Below, piece by piece: positions 27,560 to 37,290 of a DNA stretch of 64,000 nucleotides. The number at the start of each line of letters is the position of its first letter. Position 1 is the first letter of the stretch. The notes beneath the pieces are model-generated. The model saw only the letters and a list, made by a program, of their open reading frames with translations. It made no database searches and was not told where the DNA came from. Position numbers and translations under genes: made by a program. The stretch comes from Candidatus Pacearchaeota archaeon. Lineage in GTDB: Archaea > Nanobdellota > Nanobdellia > Pacearchaeales > GW2011-AR1. The DNA is taken from contig JBAZNV010000002.1 in NCBI GenBank assembly GCA_041649045.1, positions 50,336 through 114,335 on the forward strand, written 5' to 3'.

Positions 27560-30500
27560 TTATTCGGCTTTTTTCTTAGATTTTTTCTCTGCAAGTGAAC
27601 CTGTCACTTTAACCAGCAAGCCAGGTAGTCCCGTTCCTACTGGGACAGGCTGGTTCAAGATTATATTCTCAATTACTGAGGCAAGTTTATCTTTCTTTCC
27701 CGTTTTAGTTGCCTGCACAAAGTGTTTTACAGGAGTTTCAAAACTTGCTCTTGCGAGTATGGAATTCTTGTCTGAAATAATTCCCATTCTCGTTATACCT
27801 TTAACAATTCCGGATGCGGTCATTGTATCTGCAACGAGCATCGAATGTTTCTTGTCAATATTTAATCCCTGGGATACAATTACTTTATCTATTTCATCAA
27901 TAATGACTTGCCTTGCGGCCTCAATCCCAAACACATTATAAATTTCATAAATATCGTTTGTTGTCGTTCTTCTTGTGTCAACACCTTTAAATCCAAGTAC
28001 ATCTTTTAAATTTGAACCAGCAGTTAAAATGACAAATTCTTTCCCTCGCTTCACAATAAGCACTTGGGATATTTTTTTGACTCCCGTAAGAATTACGTCC
28101 TTAATTTTTTCTTTTGTCTTGTAAATATCTTTGAAGTTTTCCTTAGACATATCAAGCATGATTACCTCACCTTTCTTGGCAGCAAAACCCTTGTCATTCA
28201 AAACTTCAACTACTTTATCAATAGTAATGTGAGCTGTTTTAAGCGCACTTGAGTTTACATTTATTTTTATTTTTTTTGTTCCGAAATCTATTGAAATATC
28301 CGAAATAATTTCTTTTAATTTTACTTCTTTAATTTTTTCCGCTATTGATTTTGCATCTTTTTCATTATTAAAATCTTTCTCAAGATAAATTTCCATTGCC
28401 GGCGTTTTAGGAAGTTTTCTTGCATCCAGAATTTCAATTATTCTTGGCAAACCTTGTGTTACCTGCACTTCTGCAACACCTGCTGCATGGAATACATTAA
28501 GAACCATTTGCGTTGATGATTCACCAAATGATTGTGCAGTTACGACTCCAATTGCTTCGCCTGGAGAAATTTCTTCGTTTTTATGTTTTGTTGAAATGTC
28601 AATCCCATCGACGCCATACTTGAATTGAACGATATTATTTGAAGCATCTCGGACTGTCCCGTCATAAGCGACAACAAGATCCTGAAGCGCATTGGCAAGC
28701 CTTCTGTATAAATAACCTGACTTTGGCGTTCTAAGCGCAGTATCCATAAGCCCGTCTCTTCCTGTCATCGAACCAAAAAAGAATTCTTCTGGAGACAATC
28801 CTTTCATATATGAGCTATAAATAAATCCCCTGGACTTTGGCGATAAATCTTCTTTCTTGAAAAAAGGCAGGGTTCTTCCTGTGTATCCAAAATCAATCCT
28901 TCTTCCATTAAGTACCTGTTGTCCAACAGAACAAGCAATCTGTGTGATGTTTAGCATGCTACCTTTCGCACCCGAACCAATCATTTTAGCAACAAGATTA
29001 TCTTTTGGAAAACCTTCTTTTACTGCCTTGCCGATTTGAGTTCTTGTATTATTTAGAACTTGTAAAATTTTTATTTCTCTGGTCTGTTCTAATGTTTTGC
29101 CCGGAATCAATTCAAGTTCTTTTTTATAATAACTCTCAATAATTTCTGCCGTTTCTTTTTCTGCTTCTTCTATTATTTTATCCGTAGTTTTTTTAACTTG
29201 TTGCGGAACCTGAAGATCTTCGATGGCGATTGTAAAACCATTTCTTGATAAAAACGTCACACCCAAACCAAAAATCTTTTTTAAAATTTCCATTGTTTCA
29301 TCTCTCCCCATCTGAATATCAAGTTCTTTCAAAACTTCCCCTTTTTCTTTTTTGAATTTCTTAAAATTAATTTCACCCTCAATCTTTTTCGATAAAACCT
29401 TGCTAAAAAGTTCTGCTCCAGAATTTGTTTTGTTTAACTTAAATTCTTTTACACCAGATTGATAGAGTAATTGAGATGCATCTTCTTTATTGAATTCCAT
29501 TTCGTGAATGAGTGATCCTCCGGTGATTGCATCATCAACGCCCCCCATTAAATTCATGTTATTTTTTGGCGAGAATAAGTTTGCGTTAACGTTTAGCAAA
29601 ACTTTGGCTTCAGCCCTTGCTTCTTCAGTTTGAGGTGCGTGAATATTCATTTCGTCCCCATCGAAATCGGCATTATACGGATTGCATGTAGCAGGATGCA
29701 GTCTAAAAGTTCTGTAAGGCAAGACTTTCACAAAGTGCGCCATTAAAGAAGCCCGATGAAGAGAAGGGTGCCTGTTGAATAAAACAATATCTCCATCAAC
29801 CAAATGTCTTTCAACAATATATCCCGGTTCAATTTCTTCAACTAAATCATCTCTTAAATCTTCAGTTATCCTTTTTCTTTTCCCATCTGTTCTTATAATA
29901 TAATTTGCACCAGGGTATCCCTTTGCTTTTATAAGATCTTTCATTCTCGAAATATTTAGCGTGGTTACCCTTTCCGCGACTGTCAAAATTTTTGCAACTT
30001 CAAATGGTATACCAACTTCGTTCAGCTTTATATTTGGGTCAGGAGAAATCACGGTACGCGCTGAAAAATTTACTCTTTTACCTGCAAGGTTTTTTCTAAT
30101 TCTTCCTTCTTTCCCCTTTATCCTTTCCGCTATTGTCTTCAAAGGCTGACCGCTTCTGTGTCTTGCCGGAGGAACTTTCGCTATAGAATTGTCAAATAAA
30201 GTTGTAACATGGTATTGCAATAAATCCCAAAGATCCTCGATAATTACTTCGGGAGCTCCCGCGTTAAGATTTTCCCAGAGTCTCTGGTTCGACCTGATTA
30301 TATCTGAAAGCTTATGTGTGACATCATCTTCAGATCTTTCACCCGTTTCAAGAGTTATAGAAGGCCTTACTGTTACCGGAGGAACAATAAGCAAAGTTAA
30401 AACAGCCCATTCTGGTCTTAAAGTTTTTGCGCTTATTCCTAAAAGTTTCAAATCATTGTCAGAAACTTTAACAAGTCTTTCCCGAATTTCTGAAGGGAAC

Positions 30501-30970
30501 AATCTTCGTTTCCCGCTTCTGAAAGTAGAGGGTTTTTCAAGTTTTATTTTTTCTTGAATAATTCCGCAATGAGGGCATTTTTTGCCGTCTTTCGCTTTTT
30601 TGATTCTTGCAATTAAATCCTTGTTCAAATCTTTCTCATCTTTGATTAAAATTTTTCCACACGCTTCACAAGTTGAACGCAAAACCAAATCAATTATTGG
30701 CAAATAATTTATATGAATAATCGGACGAGCCATTTCAATCATTCCTGGGTGTCCTAAACATTCTTTTAATCTTCCGCCGCAAGTTCGACATCTAACGCCA
30801 GGGTCAACAGCCCCAAGTCTCAAATCCATCAAGCCACCGTCGACAGGATAACCATCAATATCATAAAGTTCCGGAGTTACAATTTTTGCAACCGCCAGTT
30901 TTTTTATTTGTTCAGGGCTAAGTAAAGCAAAATTCAGGCCGCTAACTTGTTTTTTTATTGGTCTATTCAT
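27560..30970 (-). CDS. rpoA1: RNA polymerase subunit Rpo1, fused A'+A''
   Basis: Zn motifs, GKRVNFSAR and catalytic YNADFDGD, continuing in frame into A'' (PGEAIG, TQMVLNVFH, LARASFE). Confidence 0.97.
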   Translation of the reverse strand: MNRPIKKQVSGLNFALLSPEQIKKLAVAKIVTPELYDIDGYPVDGGLMDLRLGAVDPGVRCRTCGGRLKECLGHPGMIEMARPIIHINYLPIIDLVLRSTCEACGKILIKDEKDLNKDLIARIKKAKDGKKCPHCGIIQEKIKLEKPSTFRSGKRRLFPSEIRERLVKVSDNDLKLLGISAKTLRPEWAVLTLLIVPPVTVRPSITLETGERSEDDVTHKLSDIIRSNQRLWENLNAGAPEVIIEDLWDLLQYHVTTLFDNSIAKVPPARHRSGQPLKTIAERIKGKEGRIRKNLAGKRVNFSARTVISPDPNIKLNEVGIPFEVAKILTVAERVTTLNISRMKDLIKAKGYPGANYIIRTDGKRKRITEDLRDDLVEEIEPGYIVERHLVDGDIVLFNRHPSLHRASLMAHFVKVLPYRTFRLHPATCNPYNADFDGDEMNIHAPQTEEARAEAKVLLNVNANLFSPKNNMNLMGGVDDAITGGSLIHEMEFNKEDASQLLYQSGVKEFKLNKTNSGAELFSKVLSKKIEGEINFKKFKKEKGEVLKELDIQMGRDETMEILKKIFGLGVTFLSRNGFTIAIEDLQVPQQVKKTTDKIIEEAEKETAEIIESYYKKELELIPGKTLEQTREIKILQVLNNTRTQIGKAVKEGFPKDNLVAKMIGSGAKGSMLNITQIACSVGQQVLNGRRIDFGYTGRTLPFFKKEDLSPKSRGFIYSSYMKGLSPEEFFFGSMTGRDGLMDTALRTPKSGYLYRRLANALQDLVVAYDGTVRDASNNIVQFKYGVDGIDISTKHKNEEISPGEAIGVVTAQSFGESSTQMVLNVFHAAGVAEVQVTQGLPRIIEILDARKLPKTPAMEIYLEKDFNNEKDAKSIAEKIKEVKLKEIISDISIDFGTKKIKINVNSSALKTAHITIDKVVEVLNDKGFAAKKGEVIMLDMSKENFKDIYKTKEKIKDVILTGVKKISQVLIVKRGKEFVILTAGSNLKDVLGFKGVDTRRTTTNDIYEIYNVFGIEAARQVIIDEIDKVIVSQGLNIDKKHSMLVADTMTASGIVKGITRMGIISDKNSILARASFETPVKHFVQATKTGKKDKLASVIENIILNQPVPVGTGLPGLLVKVTGSLAEKKSKKKAE

Positions 30971-33900
30971 ATTTATTTTTCAGTTCGAATTTAGTTAATA
31001 AATGTAAGGATTGAAGTTCTTCGACTAAAAGTTTGAATGCGTATGAAACTTCGACAGGTTCAACCTGGTTTGAATGGCAAAGACTGCAAACTCTTTTGTT
31101 ATGGATTTGGTCGTCGATAACGATGCTCCCGCATCTCGAACAAATATTTATTACAACTTTGTCCGAATCGTATCTCTCTTTTAATAACAACGATGCTCCA
31201 TGTCCGACGAGTGCTTCTTGCTCCATCTCTCCAAGCCTTAATGCTCCACCTCTTGCTCTTCCCTCAATAGGCTGTCTTGTAAGTAGCGCTATTTTTCCCG
31301 AAGCTCTAGAATGCATCTTATCAGAAACCATGTATTTCAATTTCAAGTAGAACATGTTCCCGATGAAAATTTTTATTGGCATTCTTTTCCCCGTGATTCC
31401 ATTATACATTACTTCCTTTCCATTTTCTCTGAATCCTAATTTCTTTAAATTGTTTTCAAGACTATCAATTGTTTCACCTGAAAATGAAGATGCGTCAACA
31501 ACCCTTCCAGATAATGCCGCGATTTTACCTGCCAAAACATCCATTAAATAACCAACAGTCATACGAGAAGGTATACCATGCGGATTGAACATTATGTCTG
31601 GCCTCATGCCTGAGGTTGTGAAAGGAATATCCATTTCTGGAGCGACAAAGCCCACGATACCCTTTTGTCCATGAGGAACCGAAAACTTGTCTCCAATCTC
31701 GGGTATCCTTAGTTCTCTTGTCCTGACCTGGACAGTTTTATTTCCTTCTTTATCCTGAGTTACAAAAACAGCATCGACAGTTCCCTTTTCTTCCTGCCTT
31801 ATTGATGTGGAATTTTCTTTCTTTGTTTGTATCGAAATCTCCCTTGCTTCACTCAAAAATTTAGGAGGACTTATTTTCCCGATTACAATTTCTCCTTCGT
31901 TCAATTCAGCTTCAGGATAGACAATCCCATCATCTTCTAAATACCTGTAACTTTCTTCAGTTCTATAACCAGAAACATCTTTGCTTGGGATTACTATTTC
32001 ATCTTTAAGCCCACCCGCATAATTTAATTCTACCGAGGTATAAGGCCTGAATCGCGAACTTCTTCCAAGCCCCCTTTGAACCGAACCTCTGTTTAAAACA
32101 GTCGCATCTTCAAGATTATAACCCTCATAAGGCAAAACCGCCAAAATAACATTTTGCCCAACTGGATGAACATCTAAAGTATCGTAGATAAAACTTCTTA
32201 CTAACGGTTTTTGCGGATAGTGCAAAAGAGAAACATCCGTGTCCATTCGAACTGGAAAATTTCCTGCGTATATTCCAAGCCCCTGCCTGTAAGCCCTTGA
32301 ACCACCTTTAACCATACGTGCCGGAGGATCATGATCTCCGAACGGAATTAACGAGACACTGACCCCAAAACAATCAATTTTATCAACTTCAAGATGAGTA
32401 TGGTCTTTTGTAATATCGTTTTCATCCAGAACTATATAACAATCATCTTCTTCGGATGCATCAAGATATTCGATAATTCCTTTTTTGATTAAATCTTCCC
32501 ATGTCAAATCTCCTTTTTCAATCAAATCTAAATGTTCTTTTTTTAATCTCGAAACTCCGCCATCCAAAATAATTAAGGGTCGCATTACCCTTCCTTCCTC
32601 GGAATTTAAAAATATGGTATCCAAAAATTTCTCGAATTTTACACTCATTTCAATTGGCAACTTTTCATTTCTTCTTGCTTCTTTTACCTGTTTCACAAAT
32701 TCGATAGCATTTTCCACAACGCCAATAAATCTTCCATTGTAAAAAACATCTATCTCGCCCTTGTCCTGAGTCATTCCTGAATCATGCAAAACGTTTAATA
32801 TTTTTTTCTGATCAAAATTAATTCTTGTTGAAATTCTGGCGAGCAAAGCAAGATTTTTTCTTAAACCAATTTCTGTTCCTTCAGGAGTTTCAATCGGACA
32901 AAATCTTCCGTAGTGCGTTGGATGAACAGTTCTTGCGGGAAAATTTTCTTGTTCTCCAGGAAGTGTTGAAGTCACTCTTTGAAGCTGTGAAAGAACCGCG
33001 AAAGAATTATTATGGTCCATATTTTGAGTTACTCCGCTTCTTTCTCCAATCCAGGCGCCCGTTGCGATAGAACTTTCTATTCTATGTGTAAATAGTGTAG
33101 ATTTGGCAATAGTTTTTATTGAGTAAAATTTTCTTCTTTTCACAGTTTTTTGAAGCGAGTGTTGAATTTCTCTTAAAAGTATATTCATATTTACCCTAAA
33201 TAAATCCGAAAGCAAATCACCAGAAAGTCGGACCCTTTTATTTGCATAATGATCCTTATCTGTCATCGAATCCTCGGGATGTTCTTTTGCGACGTAATAT
33301 TGTTTGATAAATTTACATAAAGTTTTTGCTTTTTCAATTCGCGAATCTTTATCAAGACCGATGTGCGGCAAAAAGTAAGAATCAATCCTTTGTTTTACTC
33401 TGTCAAGCATTTCCTTGTTCGTTCCCTGAAGAGCGCTTTTTTCCGCTATCCACATCAATGCCTCGTTGATGCTATTAATGTTTGCGAATTCGTAAAGATT
33501 AACAATAAGATTGTCGGTTTGTTTCCCAATTAATTTGGCGATTTCAGCATCGCTGGAAAGTCCCAATGCTTTAAGTAATATTACTGCAGGAATATCCCTG
33601 AATCTCGAAAAAGAAACTTCTAATAATCCATCTGAACCTTCCACGATAGAAATCGGGATTTTGTACGCGCCTCTTTGCGAAAATAATCTCAACATCAATC
33701 TTTTTCGCGTTTTTTGGAATTCAATAAAAGTTTGGTTCGAGGCCAAATCTTCTGCCATGATCATGGCTCTTTCGTTGCCGTTAATTAAAAAATACCCACC
33801 TTGATCCTTTGGGTCTATATAATTTTTTATTAATCCTTCTTCATTCATGCCATTTAAATTACAAACCTTGCTTTTGATCATTATAGGAATTCTCCCCAAT

Positions 33901-34220
33901 TGGACTTCTTCTGTTTCTATCTGCCCCGCATAATTAATTGCCATTTCAATCCAGATTGGAGCCGAATAAGTTAAATTTCTAAGTCTGGCCTCAGCTGGCG
34001 TGATAAGTCTCGTCGAACCGTCAGACTCGACGATGTCGGGCCTGCCAACACGAATTTTTCCTAATTTTATTTCAAAATCTTCATTTGGCAAGGAATTAGA
34101 AAGTTCTGTCACGATTTCCTGAATTCTATTCTCTATAAAATCATTGAAAGACTTTATATTTGACTCTACAAGCGAATGATTCTTAAGAAACTCTTTGACT
34201 AAAATATGTTTTGCCATCAA
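30963..34220 (-). CDS. rpoB: RNA polymerase subunit Rpo2 (unsplit B)
   Basis: CPIETPEG, GDKFSVPHGQKG, PSRMT, RLGEME and C-terminal Zn finger. Confidence 0.97.
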   Translation of the reverse strand: MMAKHILVKEFLKNHSLVESNIKSFNDFIENRIQEIVTELSNSLPNEDFEIKLGKIRVGRPDIVESDGSTRLITPAEARLRNLTYSAPIWIEMAINYAGQIETEEVQLGRIPIMIKSKVCNLNGMNEEGLIKNYIDPKDQGGYFLINGNERAMIMAEDLASNQTFIEFQKTRKRLMLRLFSQRGAYKIPISIVEGSDGLLEVSFSRFRDIPAVILLKALGLSSDAEIAKLIGKQTDNLIVNLYEFANINSINEALMWIAEKSALQGTNKEMLDRVKQRIDSYFLPHIGLDKDSRIEKAKTLCKFIKQYYVAKEHPEDSMTDKDHYANKRVRLSGDLLSDLFRVNMNILLREIQHSLQKTVKRRKFYSIKTIAKSTLFTHRIESSIATGAWIGERSGVTQNMDHNNSFAVLSQLQRVTSTLPGEQENFPARTVHPTHYGRFCPIETPEGTEIGLRKNLALLARISTRINFDQKKILNVLHDSGMTQDKGEIDVFYNGRFIGVVENAIEFVKQVKEARRNEKLPIEMSVKFEKFLDTIFLNSEEGRVMRPLIILDGGVSRLKKEHLDLIEKGDLTWEDLIKKGIIEYLDASEEDDCYIVLDENDITKDHTHLEVDKIDCFGVSVSLIPFGDHDPPARMVKGGSRAYRQGLGIYAGNFPVRMDTDVSLLHYPQKPLVRSFIYDTLDVHPVGQNVILAVLPYEGYNLEDATVLNRGSVQRGLGRSSRFRPYTSVELNYAGGLKDEIVIPSKDVSGYRTEESYRYLEDDGIVYPEAELNEGEIVIGKISPPKFLSEAREISIQTKKENSTSIRQEEKGTVDAVFVTQDKEGNKTVQVRTRELRIPEIGDKFSVPHGQKGIVGFVAPEMDIPFTTSGMRPDIMFNPHGIPSRMTVGYLMDVLAGKIAALSGRVVDASSFSGETIDSLENNLKKLGFRENGKEVMYNGITGKRMPIKIFIGNMFYLKLKYMVSDKMHSRASGKIALLTRQPIEGRARGGALRLGEMEQEALVGHGASLLLKERYDSDKVVINICSRCGSIVIDDQIHNKRVCSLCHSNQVEPVEVSYAFKLLVEELQSLHLLTKFELKNKYE

Positions 34221-34411
34221 ATCACCACGCGATAATATATCTCATCTAACCTCTCTATTTTTATTACATCACCTTTTTCACAATCTTCTGGCAAGGCAGG
34301 ATCTTTCTGAGAAATTTTAGGAAGTTGGGCGAGGGTAATATTTAAACTATCTAAAAGTTTTTTTGTTTCGTCAGGATTGAGTTTTGTGTGCTTTGGTTGG
34401 GTTACGTGCAT
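34217..34411 (-). CDS. rpoH: RNA polymerase subunit Rpo5 (H)
   Basis: PKH...QLPKI..DP...GDVIKIER...YYRVV. Confidence 0.92.
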   Translation of the reverse strand: MHVTQPKHTKLNPDETKKLLDSLNITLAQLPKISQKDPALPEDCEKGDVIKIERLDEIYYRVVI

Positions 34412-34524
34412 CTTTTAGAATATTATCACTTTAGATATAAAAAATATCAAAAATGGCTTTAAAAATCTTTTGGTTTTTATTATTTTATAGTGGTTCGAGG
34501 AGAAATCGAACAAAAATTAAGAAA

Positions 34525-35157
34525 TTATTTTGGGGTAATTAAAAGTTTCACAATTTCATAAATTTCATGATGGATGTTTTCAATCCCAACCGAGCCATCT
34601 ATTAATTTACAATTTTTAAAACTTGCAATTTGTAAATAAGCCTCTCTGACTCTTTTGTGATATTTTAAATCCCTTGATTCTATTTTATCTCCTCCAGTAT
34701 CTCGTCTTGCTCTTCTTAATCCTTCTTCGGCGTTAATATCAATAATAAAGGCAAGGTTTGGGTTGATTCCCAGAGTTGCAATTTTACTTATAGCCAGAAT
34801 TGATTCAGCACTTATTTCTCCACCAGCGCCCTGATAGGCCAAAGTTGAAAAATAATTTCTATCTGATAAAACAATCTCTCCTCTGTCTAATGCAGGCATA
34901 ACTAATTTTTCTATTGAGTGGCACCTACTTGCAGAAAATAATAATAATTCCGTTATTGCACTCAATTCTTCTTCTTGCTTATTAAGTAATAATTCTCTTA
35001 TCTTGTCTCCAAGTGGTGTTCCTCCCGGTTCTCTGATTCTTGTAATACCATATTCTTTAGACAATTTATTATAAAGTAGTTCACATTGAGTAGTTTTTCC
35101 ACAACCATCACCACCTTCTATAACTATATAAAATCCGCCTGGAATTTTGAGATTCAT
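34525..35157 (-). CDS. tmk: Thymidylate kinase
   Basis: IEGGDGCGKTT, REPGGT, DRNYFSTLAYQG. Confidence 0.95.
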   Translation of the reverse strand: MNLKIPGGFYIVIEGGDGCGKTTQCELLYNKLSKEYGITRIREPGGTPLGDKIRELLLNKQEEELSAITELLLFSASRCHSIEKLVMPALDRGEIVLSDRNYFSTLAYQGAGGEISAESILAISKIATLGINPNLAFIIDINAEEGLRRARRDTGGDKIESRDLKYHKRVREAYLQIASFKNCKLIDGSVGIENIHHEIYEIVKLLITPK

Positions 35158-36899
35158 TTTTCAAAGTATTTTTTTGATTCTGTTTTTATTGCTTCAGGAA
35201 GTCTATTTAATAAATATGAATTTTTATTATCAAAAGAGATAAGCCCTCTAAAGGCTGGCAGAATTTTTAATCCTTGTCTAATTTCTTGAAGAGCTATAGT
35301 CCTGTAAGAATCTGCGCCTGCGGGCTGACATCTTAATTGTGCTTGATAGAATAGCTGATTAGGATCCATTGTTGTTACGTGATGTATTAAGTTTGCCATT
35401 ACGGGCGCATATTGAGCCGCTGAATGCATACCTTCTGATTTCAAATCATCATGCAACCTTTTTATTTCTTCCAATAACTTTTCGAATTTTTCTGGCAAAC
35501 CTTGTCCGGTCAAAGAAATTTCTTTAGGCATATGATATCCAAGATAAGTCCCATAAGGAGAAATTTGTTGTCTATCTCCTCTCTGTCTATGCAAATCTCT
35601 GTACGCCCCAATATCATAGAGTCTAGAAAAGGTAAGGGATCCTATTTCGGTTGTTTTTATATTTACTTCATATGGGTTTTTGCCTTCAAACTGGCTTCTT
35701 GCGATTCTTGCTCTTTCTTCAGTAGATAATTTTGAAACAAATTCCTTTAACTCTGTCAGCGTTCTTCCTTTCTCAACGCTAAGCAATATACTTGCGAGTA
35801 CCCAATCTTCAATATCAGGTGTGAATGCTATTATTTTTGATTCAATGGGATAGTGTCCATAATTTCTGGGTAATTCATATTTGCCAAGTTGAGATGATAA
35901 AACGCGAGTTCTTTCCGGTATTTGTTCCATAAATTCACTTCTTTCTCCGTATCTCATTAGATATGGAAAAATTTTAGAAGCCTCAGCTTGCGCAGCTTTC
36001 CCAAGCATCCTCATTTCTGCAAATTCTGATGATTGCCATTCAGTTAACATATCTTGAAACCTTCTTGCGCACAAAGTCATTCCAAGTGAAGTAGTAATAT
36101 TTTGTGGCAACAAAGATCTTGAAACATCAAAAGCTTTTTCTCTAATTACTTTTTCCCATGACTTATCAGAAATTCTTGCGTTTGTATTTCCACTTAATTT
36201 CCTTATTTGTTCGTCGGCATCCGTCCTTAAATCTATATATTCTTTTTCCATCCAAGTTATTACTTTTTCTTTAGCTTCTTCATAAAGTGAAATTAATTTT
36301 TTCCCAAGTTCTTGAAATCTGTCTTCAAAAGGAGTTCTTCTAACTTCAAAAGGAGTTCCTAAATTTTCGATACTAAAAGGAGTTGCCCTAGTGGATTGCT
36401 CTTGATAAGCACCTTCTCGTGCTGTCTCTAAGAATTTTGTAGCTCGTTGACTCACTCCCTCAAAACAAATTCTCACAGAAGCAGAATCTCGGAGTGATGC
36501 GTGTCCGTAATCAATCCCCCAGTTTACTATAAATTCGCCCGCTTTTTTTAAGTGAGAAGTCATAAGATCAGAAGCGTCCGTTCCTGATCTTATCGCTGTT
36601 GCAATTTCTTCCAAGGTTTTTGCAGAGGGATCTTTTTTCGGCATATCTCTAAGAAGTTGCAAAAATCTTTCTTTTAGTGTTATATTGCTTCTGGCGTACT
36701 GTCCCATTCCCATTGCCCATAGTTCAACAGGGAGCGTATCTTTTGCAACATAAACATTCGAATCTACGTTTGTAAAAAAATATTCTAAAATAGTTCTTTC
36801 ATCTGAACTTAATTCACTAGCTCTTCTCCCCCGAAAATTTCCAATCCCACTAAATCCAGATAAGTTATCATCAGCTAATTCACCTGTTTTTAAAATCAT
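35154..36899 (-). CDS. thyX: Long (tandem-domain) flavin-dependent thymidylate synthase-like protein
   Basis: YFFTNVD, YGHASL, EQSTR, FDVSRSLLP and RDLHRQR motifs; ATGA-coupled to tmk. Confidence 0.8.
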   Translation of the reverse strand: MILKTGELADDNLSGFSGIGNFRGRRASELSSDERTILEYFFTNVDSNVYVAKDTLPVELWAMGMGQYARSNITLKERFLQLLRDMPKKDPSAKTLEEIATAIRSGTDASDLMTSHLKKAGEFIVNWGIDYGHASLRDSASVRICFEGVSQRATKFLETAREGAYQEQSTRATPFSIENLGTPFEVRRTPFEDRFQELGKKLISLYEEAKEKVITWMEKEYIDLRTDADEQIRKLSGNTNARISDKSWEKVIREKAFDVSRSLLPQNITTSLGMTLCARRFQDMLTEWQSSEFAEMRMLGKAAQAEASKIFPYLMRYGERSEFMEQIPERTRVLSSQLGKYELPRNYGHYPIESKIIAFTPDIEDWVLASILLSVEKGRTLTELKEFVSKLSTEERARIARSQFEGKNPYEVNIKTTEIGSLTFSRLYDIGAYRDLHRQRGDRQQISPYGTYLGYHMPKEISLTGQGLPEKFEKLLEEIKRLHDDLKSEGMHSAAQYAPVMANLIHHVTTMDPNQLFYQAQLRCQPAGADSYRTIALQEIRQGLKILPAFRGLISFDNKNSYLLNRLPEAIKTESKKYFEK

Positions 36900-36971
36900 T
36901 TCTTTGGCAAGGTCACCATATTTTTAAAGACTTATTTAATTTAAAATATATTTTAGAGTTTGTTTAAATTA

Positions 36972-37045
36972 TGGCCCCGACGGGATTTGAACCCGCGACA
37001 CCTGGATTAAAAGTCCAGTGCTCTACCAAGCTGAGCTACGGAGCC
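36972..37045 (-). tRNA. tRNA-Lys(UUU), no encoded CCA
   Basis: Acceptor GGCTCCG/CGGGGCC-A; anticodon arm CTGGA-CTTTTAA-TCCAG; T arm GCGGG-TTCAAAT-CCCGT. Confidence 0.95.
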
Positions 37046-37214
37046 TTGATAAACTTGAGATTTGATGATTTAAAAAACTTCTGAATTAGTAGAGTACGTG
37101 CGATACCAACGTTGAGCTTGAGCAAAACGCTTCGAGCAAAAAAATAAGAAGCCCGATGAAAACAAGATTTTGTGAGATGCATTTTGCGGACCAAGAGCCT
37201 TGATAAACTTGAGA
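37041..37214. repeat. 20-bp direct repeat (37041-37060, 37195-37214) flanking a degenerate copy of the tRNA-Lys 5' half
   Basis: GAGCCTTGATAAACTTGAGA occurs twice, each followed 7 nt later by ATTTAAAAA; 37081-37118 aligns to the tRNA D/anticodon arms. Confidence 0.75.
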
Positions 37215-37290
37215 AGAAGTAATTTAAAAATTATGTATAGGCAGTATATACATACTTCCAATATCGAACAATTAATAGAAATTATGGAGC

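Noticed and set aside
37041..37214. CRISPR-like repeat pair
   Set aside because: Only two 20-bp copies, 134 nt apart, overlapping a tRNA 5' end; no cas genes.
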